NCBI GenBank assembly: GCA_965213685.1
Contig: CBDBZY010000004.1
Span: 1 to 50,511, forward strand
Reading direction: 5' to 3'
DNA from: a bacterium
GTDB taxonomy: Bacteria > UBA8248
DNA length: 50,511 nucleotides
Shown here: positions 29,979 to 50,511 of the stretch, piece by piece
Numbering within the stretch: the stretch's first letter is position 1
How the letters are laid out: the number at the start of each line of letters is the position of its first letter
Position numbers and translations under genes: made by a program
Notes under the pieces: generated by a model
The model's input: only the letters and a program-made list of their open reading frames with translations
Databases searched by the model: none
Told to the model about the DNA's origin: nothing

Positions 29979-32900
29979 CTGTGACGGTGAGGAGTGAGGG
30001 TGAGGGGTGAGAAGTGAGGGGTGAGGGGTGAGAGGTGAGTGAGGGGTGAGGGTGGGAAGTGACAGGTGAGTGGTGAAAGGTGAGGAGTGAGGGTGGGAAG
30101 TCACTGGTCAGATGTGCACAAGTAACCATAAGCACCCACAGTGAGTGAAGGCTATACAATTACATGTACATGAGGAATGCCCCCAACAAACAGCCGAGGC
30201 ATGAAAAGGCGACACCTAGACCTATAGGTATCTAGATACCGGGCACAGAACAGTCAGAACATTGTATTAGGAGTAGCCGTGCTTTAGTCACAAGTACACA
30301 CGTACACTGCATGTCTATACACATGTACATTACACTGGCACAGTGCCCTACCACCTGATGGAGGGAGGGGGGCACAAGGGGGGGCAGGGGGTGGGGTGCA
30401 GTGTGCGTATACCAGCACACAGCCCTGCACACAGCACAGCAGTGCCCCCAGCCGAGGTCCTGGTGCCCTGCCACCTGATGGACAGGATGCTGTGGGCCCA
30501 ATGCACAGTGCACTATAATGGCACAATACACATGTACACTGCATGTCTGTACACATGTACATGTACATTACACTGGCACAGTCACAGGCCATGTGGTATG
30601 TACGTACATGTGCATGTCCACCACATGCATGTGATGATGTCAGCAGCACTCGGTGGCAGTAGAGGTATTCTGCAGCCTCAGAGCAGCCCCCACACTCACA
30701 CCTGAACTGGCACAGCCTCACACTACACCCACCACCTCTGCCCTGGACTGAGGGAGGGAGAGAGGGAGGGAGGGAGAGAGGGAGGGAGGGAGGGAGGGAG
30801 GGAGGGAGGGTGGAGGGGGTGAAAGGAGAAAAGGAGGGGAGAGGGAGTTGCCATGGATACACATGCACACATCACTAGCACTGTGCATGAGTAGTGTACA
30901 TCAGTTGTAGGCACACGCACATCACACTTCAAATGCTGCCCACACACTGTGCTGTGCCTGGCGGCCCACAGAGTGCCAGTTGTGCTTCAGAGACTTAAGA
31001 GCAAACACCTCACACCACACCCACCACCTTTGCCCGGACTGAGGGAGAGGGGGAGAGAGGGGGGAAGGCAGGGAAGTATGGAAAAAGGAAGGAGAGATGG
31101 AGGGGGGAGAGAGAAAGGGAGGGCAAGAACAGGAAAAGGGAGGGGGAATGGAGGGAAGGAGGGAGGGGGAATGGAGGGAAGGAGGGAGGAGGGAGGGAGT
31201 GGAAGGAAAAGAAAGGAGGCCCTGCATAGAGTGCCTGGGGATTCCCCCTGGGATTCCCCCTCCCCCACAGTTGACATGTTGTGGGTTTGAACAGCTGCTG
31301 CTGCCACGTGGCCGCAACACAATTGGATCACTTACTGTGCAGGTGCACATGTGTATGTACAGGTGTGGATGTGCACGTGCTCTCCCAGGGAGGGGAGGGG
31401 GCGTGGCCTCAGCTGCCAGCCACTCATGCCTCTCACTGTGCCCCCTCCTTTCGCTGGCTCCCTCCCTCCTCTCGGCCTAAGGGCTGCCCCCACAGCCGAG
31501 GGACTAGCGCTGCCCTCCTACTACCACGTGCTTCAGGTAGGGCTCTTTTAATAGAGTCACCACCACAGCCGCTATGCACACCTGCCCCGGCCTCATGGGC
31601 CGGCCACACTTCTGTCTGCATGTACCAGCACTTGTGGCCCCACCCACAGACACACCCACCACATGAGCACACACCTGGAGGAGGCTCCTCGTGGAGGGCC
31701 ACACGGGAACAGGGAGCGTCCTGTGGTGGAGGTGGCCACTGGACCACGTGCTCATGGCTGAGCCCACAGTTAGCTCACACTGGCAGCCTGGCACCCACCG
31801 CTGGGCAAGATGGCCATGTGTGCAACATGTGAGGGAGGGAGGGAGGGAGGGAGAGAGGGAGGGAGAAGGGGAGAGTGTTAATTAATGGATCCATTCCATG
31901 GAATCAGGGAGGGAGGGAGGGAGGGAGGAGGGGAGGGGGGAGAGCACGGAGAGGAGGGAGGAGGAGGGAGAGGGTGAAGGAGGTTGATTAACGGACCCAT
32001 TTCATGGAATCACTGATATTATCATCATGCACAGAATACATGCACACCATATCTATCCTTCACACAGTACCCCCTTCCCCCTTCCCTCCCTCCCTCCCTC
32101 CCTCCCTCCCCCTCTCTCCCTCCCTACCTCCCTCCCTACCTCCTTCCTTGTCACCTTTTTCATATCTCCTGCAGCTGGTGAATGCCATGTGACTATCACA
32201 TGACTTGTCACTGGCAGCCTGGCACCCACCGCTGGGCAAGATGGCAATGTGTGCAACATGTGAGGGAGGGAGTGAGGGAGGGAGGGAGGGAGAGAGAGGG
32301 AGGGAGGGAAAGAGGGAGGGAGGGGGGGAGGGAGGAAGGAAGGGAGGGAGGAGGTGAGGGAGAGGAGGGAGAGGAGGGAGAGGGTAAAGGAGGTTGATTA
32401 ATGGACCCATTTCATGGAATGACTAATATTATCAGAATACATGAGGAAAGGCTTGAGAATGTGTGAAAAACTGGCAGCCACCCGGGATTGAACCGGGGGC
32501 CTCCGACCTTAGTCGTCAGTGCTCTACCACCTTGAGCTATGGCCACCAGGTGACAGCCAGCCTTCACAATTCTCAATATCACTTCATATGTGCCGTCAGA
32601 ACACCACTAGGGATCAACCGGTAACTCCTCTCCATCAGGGGAGGAGCCACACTGAGTGAAATATTCTGTTTATTCATAACTGTGGACGTGAAGCTGGGTC
32701 TCCCTCTAGGGGGCCACCGAATACAACACACAAGCTACACTATAATTATGTGAGGAAAGACAAATATATTTAAAGAACTGTAACTGGCAGCCACCTGGGA
32801 TTGAACTGGGGGTCTCTGACTTTAGTCGTCAGTGCTCTACCACCTGAGCTATGAGTTATGAGCTATGCACACCATATCTATCCTTGTTCCCACAATACCC

Positions 32901-35453
32901 CCTTCCCCCTCCCTTCCTCCCCCTCTCTCCCTCCCTCCTTCCCTCTCACCTTGCATCTCCTGCAGCTGGAAAATGTCATGTGACTATCATGTGACTTGCA
33001 TCGCCCCGACATCCACTTCTCAACACACCACACACTCCTCCATCTGAGGGACCTAGGGAGGGGAGGGGGAGGGAGGGAGGGAGGGAGGAAAGAGAGGGGG
33101 GAGGGGGAGGGACGGGGAGAGCTAGAGTAAGGACCGGAGCCCCTCAGGGAGTGCCACATGTCTGTGTGTGTGGCAGATCACAGCACACCATTTCCACTAG
33201 TGAGTCACTGCCAGTGGCCAGTGAGCCAACACTCACTGAAAATCACAACTCACAACACACACACTCCATCCTCTAATTAACGCCACCCCAATGCTTTCTA
33301 CAGCCACTAGTGATGATGTTTGTGTCCAACTGAGTATCATCCCTGGAGCTGAGGCCACGCCCCCTCAACCAGCCCCTCCCACCCCTGGCTGCTGACCCCT
33401 ACACAGCACGCTGACTCATACATCTATGGTATAGCAGGCAACGTGTGGCTCCAACTAACGCCCACCTTCCGCCAAGTTGGCTGTTCTGCCCTCGGCCGCG
33501 GATTTGGCGTCGGCTGGAAAAGCAAGAAAGGCGGACGAGGAAGGAGGGGACAATGACGTCACTGCTGGAATGGAACAAGACAAATACAGGAATACCTTTC
33601 ACGAGGCGGACGTGAAGCTCTTTCTAACTCCGTTCTCTCTCTGCGGCCACTGCGAGGAGGTGCCTGAGAAGTACCTCGAAATGGCGCTATGCCGTCACTC
33701 AGTGACAGTCGTGTAAGGACACGCACGTACTGAAACAGTTCTGTCTTCAACAGCTGCCACTATTGCACTCTGCACTTCTGGAGTACTCCAGAAGTGCACA
33801 CGTGCGCACGAGCAGCAGCCCCGCCCACCCGGGTACCCACGGTCCTCGTGCCAGCAGCTCCACCCACGTGGCGTGGAGCGCGTGGAGCCAACCGTGAGCA
33901 GAAGAGCTGGAGAGGAAGAAGGATTGAGAGAGACAGGTATTGGGTGAGTAGTGATTGTAGGGGGAGTGAGGGCGTGGGTGTGGGAGGGGGGATGGGAGGG
34001 GAAGGGGTAGTGAAGGAGCTATGGGAGGGTGTGGTAGGGGGCGTGGTGTGGGGTGTGGCTAGTGGCTGGGCAGTGGGTGGCGCAGCTCAGCTGCATGGTG
34101 AGTGGAGCAGTGGATGGCGGCCATGCCTGGCAGCCTCCCCCCTACTGTCATGGTGTGCTCCCCAGTGCCCCTGCCCCCAGTTGTGGCCACTGCTACTGGT
34201 AGCAGCTGCCACGCTGTTAGCTAGGGGAGGGTGAGGTGAGGGTAGCTGGGGACAGGAAGGCCATACAGGTGTCCCCATGGCAACAGAGAGACAAGCACTC
34301 CATAATGACAACCGCTCCCTCCCTCCCTCTCTTCCTCCCTCCCCTCTCTTTCTCCCTCCCTCCCTCCCTCCCTCTCCCTCTCTCTCCCTCTCTTCCTCCC
34401 TCTCTTCCTCCCTCCCTCCCTCTCTCCCTCCCTCCCTTCCTCTGACAGTGACAGATGAAAACGCGAAATAACAGAATCTGATGGCAGTGGGTGTGAGTGG
34501 TGTTGCTATGGTACCTGCACTCTCCTGGTGATCTAGTGATGGTGATGGCTACTGGTAGCAGCTGCCACACTGTGGCTGGGGACAGGAAGGCCATACAGGT
34601 GTCCCCATGGCAAAAGAGAGACAAGCACTCCATTATGACACCCCCTCCCCCTCCCTCCCTCCCTCCCTCTCCCTCTCTCCTAGTGACACCCCCTCCCTCC
34701 CTCCCTCTCTCTCGATCCCTCTCCCTCTCTCCTTTCCCTCCCTTCCTGTTTCCAACCTTCCACACCTACCCTTCCCTCTCTCCCTCTCCTTGCCTCCTCC
34801 TCTCCCCCTCTCTCTCCCTCTCTCCTCACCTCTTCTCCCAGAACAGGCAGACCAGTAATGATAGGCCAGTGGATGTGAGCAGACAGACAGACACTGGACC
34901 ACATCCCACTCCTGCACACACTCCACGTGGTGAGCATATTTCTTCACACTTCATGTTGTCCCCACCCCCTTACAACCCTCTCCCTCCCTCCCTCCCTCCC
35001 TCGATCCCTCCCTCCCCCCCTCCCTCGATCCCTGCCTCCCTCACTCTGATGAAAAAACATGAATCTGATGGCAGTGGGTGTGAATGGTGTTGCTATGGAA
35101 CCTGCACTCTCCTGGTGACCTAGTGATGGTGATGGGTGGAGGGGAGAGGGGGGAGGTGATGGTGTGGAGATATGACACTGGTGAGTGTCAAACGTACAAC
35201 AGGAGACTAGTGGTTGTGATAATAGCTATGACCTCATTGGTCCATTCTCCCTCACAGGTGAACTGCCATACTCCTCCCTCCTCCCTCCCCCTCTCATCCC
35301 TCACACACCACCCCTCACCTTCACCCTCTCCACACCCACCTCCCTCTTCACACACTCACAATCACCCCTCACCCCTCACCATTCCTTGCATGCACTATTA
35401 AATTTGTAACACACATACCATCTTGTCTTCTCACCCACCTCCCTCCTCACACA

Positions 35454-35574
<121 letters not shown>

Positions 35575-35892
35575 CCCTCACCATTGCATTGTGGTAATTG
35601 ATTGGGTGGGTGATCGAGGGGGGTAGTGGTAATGGGTGCTGGGGGGATGGGTATAGGGGTGGGTGGGTGGTGGAGGTGGTGTGGGTGTGGAAGGTGGAGG
35701 AGTGGGTGGGTGGTGGAAGGGAGGAGGTGGGGTGGGTGCATGAGTGGGTGGATAGTGGAGGAAGTGGACGTGAATGGCTGAGTGGATGGAGGAGGGTAGG
35801 GTGGGTGGTGGAGGGGGTGGGTGCTGGGTGGGTCGTAGAGGGGAGAGTGCTGGGTGGGGGTAGGGTGGGTGGTAGAGGGGGAGGGTGCTGGT

Positions 35893-36190
35893 TAGTCTAT
35901 CGAGCCAGACCCTACTCCGAGCATAAAGCGCGAGTAGGGTCTAGCAGTGGTTATTAGTATGCATTAAATTCTGACCAATCAGATTCAGTAGCTGAATCTG
36001 GAGCAGCAATTAATATCCACATGTGAAGTGTGTGTGAAAACCACTACACTATAGGCCTATGTAGAGTGAAGGTAGAGGAAACGTATGTGATAAGTAGCTG
36101 CATAAGGATCTCTGGGCAATGCATACTAATGACATCTGCTAGACCCTACTCGCGCTTCGCACTCGGAGTACGGTCTAGCTCGATAGACCA
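35893..36190. mobile_element. Non-autonomous DNA transposon (MITE), 298 bp, ~53-bp TIRs, 9-bp TSD GGTGCTGGT
   Basis: Left end tagtctatcgagccagaccctactccgag..gcgcgagtagggtctagcag is the inverse of right end ctgctagaccctactcgcgc..ctcggagtacggtctagctcgatagacca. GGTGCTGGT occurs at 35884-35892 and 36191-36199. Confidence 0.88.
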
Positions 36191-37095
36191 GGTGCTGGTG
36201 AGACTGGGTGGGGATAGGGTGGGTGGTAGAGGGAGAGGGTGCTGGGGAATAATGAATCTATTAATGATCCACTACAGGAAGCTGGTCACATGATACTAAA
36301 ACAAAAAGCTAAGCACCTATTGTCTGTATGAAAATGTACAGGAAAGCATACAGGTCAGTTGTCCATTGCTGTAGCAAGAGTGTGCAAGATATCATAATTA
36401 TAATTATATCATTCGATAGTTCTTGTGAGTCAAATCTGATTATTTCTTGAATCCCACTGAACCGCTAAGGCCACTGAAGAGCTACAGCTGCTATAGTCTA
36501 GTCTGTCCTCTGGTCTGCCATTTCTCCTGGCTTCCTTCCATCCACAAGAATAATACAGTTGTAGTGGCAGTGGCCAAGTCAAGCACACAGTGTGCACTTT
36601 GAACTCAAAAGCATGCAATTATTACAGCACTGTACGCACACATGGTCATGTGATTGTCATGTGGAATTATGCCAACCTCTTCTAGACCTCTAATGATCAC
36701 TCATCTGCCAGCAGACAGACAGACGGACAGACAGACAGACGGACAGACAGACAGTGGGGGTCATAGTTAATATGACATTGTGCTCTGACCTTTTATTGCA
36801 CACATTACAGGAAATGAGATAATTATTCACATGAAGGAGCTAGAGAAGGAGAGATTGGAACACAAACTTCCCTCCAAGCACCAAACCTGGGCCCAGAGAC
36901 TGGCAAGCCAGTGCACTAAGCACCAATCAATCATCTTTCCATTTTTTCTTTCCTTCATCTGAGTAATCAATCCATCACTAGTTCAACTAAGAACATCTAT
37001 TACAGGAATTTAATGATTGCAGTAGTAATGACGTCATGAGGGATCAGCTCATGAACACCATTAATTTCCTATCATTGACTGTAGCTGACACAGTT

Positions 37096-43341
<6,246 letters not shown>

Positions 43342-43391
43342 GTGGGTCTGCAGCACATCCTGTGACACAGTCAACCCCACCACTGCCTGGT

Positions 43392-43485
<94 letters not shown>

Positions 43486-45479
43486 TGTTGAGGTGCACAG
43501 TGTTTAGTGGACACAGTGTCTCCCTGAGTGTGTGGTAGTGGAGGCAGACCTGCAGCTGGTAATAGCCTGTACATGTGTGCTGGCCCTTGTCTGCTGCTAG
43601 TGTGGCAGTGTGAGTGGTGGTGTTTGTGATGTGATGGTTGAGTGGAATGTGGTGAGTGGAGGAGGAAGTGTGTGGAGTGATTGTGAGTACCTTCAGCTAT
43701 GTACACCAATGTACATGTACTTTGACCTGATAGTGCATTATTGTAGTTTCTCTTGAGAATGAGGAAGAGATATCACAGTAAAGGAACTGCAGACAAAAGG
43801 AAGCAAACAGTGTTATGTACATGTACATCTCATAATTACGTGGAGTGCTATAATTATACCAGTACCTATACACATGCACTGAATATGCACACACTGTACA
43901 CACATGTACCCACACAGCATGTGAGCCTCTCCACACTTGTGCACTCACTGCAGACACAGCCACTCAGTGACATCATCACCTGCACAAGACATCAGTGACA
44001 CCATCGCCTGCACAAGACATCAGTGTACATGCATATGTACATGAAGAAAGGCTTGGGAATATTTTTGAGAACCATGAAAAACTGGCAGCCACCCGGGATT
44101 GAACCGGGGGCCTCTGACTTTAGCTGTCAGTGCTAAGATCCGCATTCATACGCTCCTGCAGGCACTCAGTTTCCCGTTTGAATCCTTCTTTCACATCGTG
44201 CATCCACGCCTCCATCATTACGTTCCTCTCTCATCTGTTCCTTTTCTCTTTCCAACTCCTGTTTGTGCTCCGAGCGAAGACTATCAACCACACGCAGCAC
44301 TTAAAACTGAAAGAGCTGTACATGTACATGTAATTAATTGTCTGCTAGTGAGTCACTCCTGAGAGCACTTTGCCACTACCCACATGTGCTTATGATAACT
44401 GTGACACAGCTCAGTGGCACAAACCAAGTTCTTGAAATACCATTCCTAATGGGCCATTGTCAGAATGTGCCAGTGAAAGTGCTGTCCTGTCCTCCTGCAA
44501 TGTAAACTATATGAATGTCCACCTCCATGACTCACCTTATCTTACAAACAGATACATCACAGCGTCAGTGAGGTTATCAGACTCAGCTCATATTCGTTCT
44601 CCACCTGCCCATCCTCCTGCCCGGCCAGCTGCAGGAACAGGATGAGGTCATCGGCAGGAAATGATGAATACAATGGCTGTTGGGATACATGCACATCTGT
44701 ACACAGTGTACATAGTGGTGCCACTCCCACTGGGCTGTGTCATCTGAGGAATGTGCACACATCAGTACCTTCCTAATGGCATCTACATCCATAGTGGCAA
44801 TGCCTGTACCCTGTAGTATCCCCAAATGATGTTAGCCTTCCTACAACCTACACATCTTTCTCCACCTCCTCCTCCTACTCCCCTCCCTCACTGCCCCCTC
44901 CTCCCTTTCCTCGTACATCACTTCCTAACTTAGTTGTGTGAAGTTTAGTGTAACTAAATGAAAAAATTGATATATTTTTAGGTGATAAATGTCTCTCACG
45001 CGTTCACCTTCACCTTCACCCACACACCCACACAGGGCACACACTGCACCACTACCACAGTACACCTGCAGTCATCTCACACCCACCCACACACCTTCCA
45101 CCACTCCCACACACCTACCCACACACACACACATGTAAACTCAGACAAGGTAAAGTAAACAACTACACCCAAAGACAACTCCTTTTTTTCTCCAGAGAAA
45201 AAATGAGCTGCCTCGGGCAGGATTCGCACCCGCGACGTTGTGCGTGCTAGGCGAACACTCTACCAACTGAGCCACCGAGGCAGCTCAGCTGGGCAGGCCG
45301 AATCTTTAAAGCTTATGCAAGGCAAAGGGCGTCTCTCCCCTGATGGATAGGGTAACCAATCTTAGTATTAAGGAGTGGGCCGGGGTAATTAAACCACCAA
45401 AGGCACCGACATCCATACATACATACTTTTCCCCCCACATATACCTACATGCACATGTGCACACACACACACGCACACA

Positions 45480-50125
<4,646 letters not shown>

Positions 50126-50511
50126 GTCAGAGAGCCACCTGCTATTGCCATGAAAACACAAGTAGTATGCTTTCTTTTAAGTGCACTTCATTCCTTTACC
50201 TTCTCCCTCTCTTCCGTCTCTCTTCGACCCTCACTCTCCCTCTCTCCTACCCTCTTTGCCAACCGTGCTCTCTCTCTCTCTCCTTTCTCCCTCCCTCCTT
50301 CCCTCCCTCCCTCTGGATGGAAGGGGGAGGGAGGGGAAGAAGGGGAAGAAGGGCGGTAGGGGGAGGGTTGGGCTGACCTGTTCCTGCTGGGGTACTGCAC
50401 CACCACATCGTGGTCCTCATCAATGCCCCTGACCACACCCACTGTACCGATGACCTAGTGAGGGAGGAGACGGTGGGTCACTGTAAGGAACACATTACAG
50501 TGAGCAGCTGA

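Noticed and set aside
29979-33400. N-terminal MIB/HERC2 and ZZ zinc-finger exons of MIB1
   Set aside because: Searched by eye on the minus strand (and in 3810-5900). The Cys/His-rich frames come from TG/CA-rich intron-like DNA and match no ZZ pattern.
37036-37095. Upstream in-frame ATG for Kelch gene 2
   Set aside because: Homology with copy 1 (acagttATGG) points to 37096; the extension is not conserved. It cannot be fully excluded.

Overview
Eukaryotic (animal) genomic DNA with GT-AG introns full of (CA)n, (GGGA)n and (CT)n tracts. Intron style and domain content suggest an early-branching invertebrate such as a demosponge (inference). Almost all ORFs in the supplied track are microsatellite artefacts, so the real genes were rebuilt by hand from splice sites. 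The window is a tandem segmental-duplication array (period about 25-29 kb). Each unit carries broken minus-strand fragments of a Mind bomb (MIB1-type) E3 ligase gene and a plus-strand gene that starts with the same five-exon Kelch beta-propeller cassette. In unit 1 the cassette splices in frame to a protein kinase exon, an NLS-like micro-exon, a linker micro-exon and a Death domain exon (804 aa). A second, different Death-domain exon in the same phase lies 5.7 kb downstream. In unit 2 the same cassette splices to a 2.1-kb Roc-COR GTPase exon in place of the kinase. All modules downstream of the Kelch blades are joined by phase-1 introns. Differences between the two Kelch copies are concentrated in amino-acid-changing positions of blade loops while the introns are nearly identical. 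Together this suggests a rapidly evolving, exon-shuffled family of intracellular sensor/cell-death proteins. The window also holds tRNA-derived repeats, two MITEs with target-site duplications and several minisatellites. No transcript or database evidence was available.
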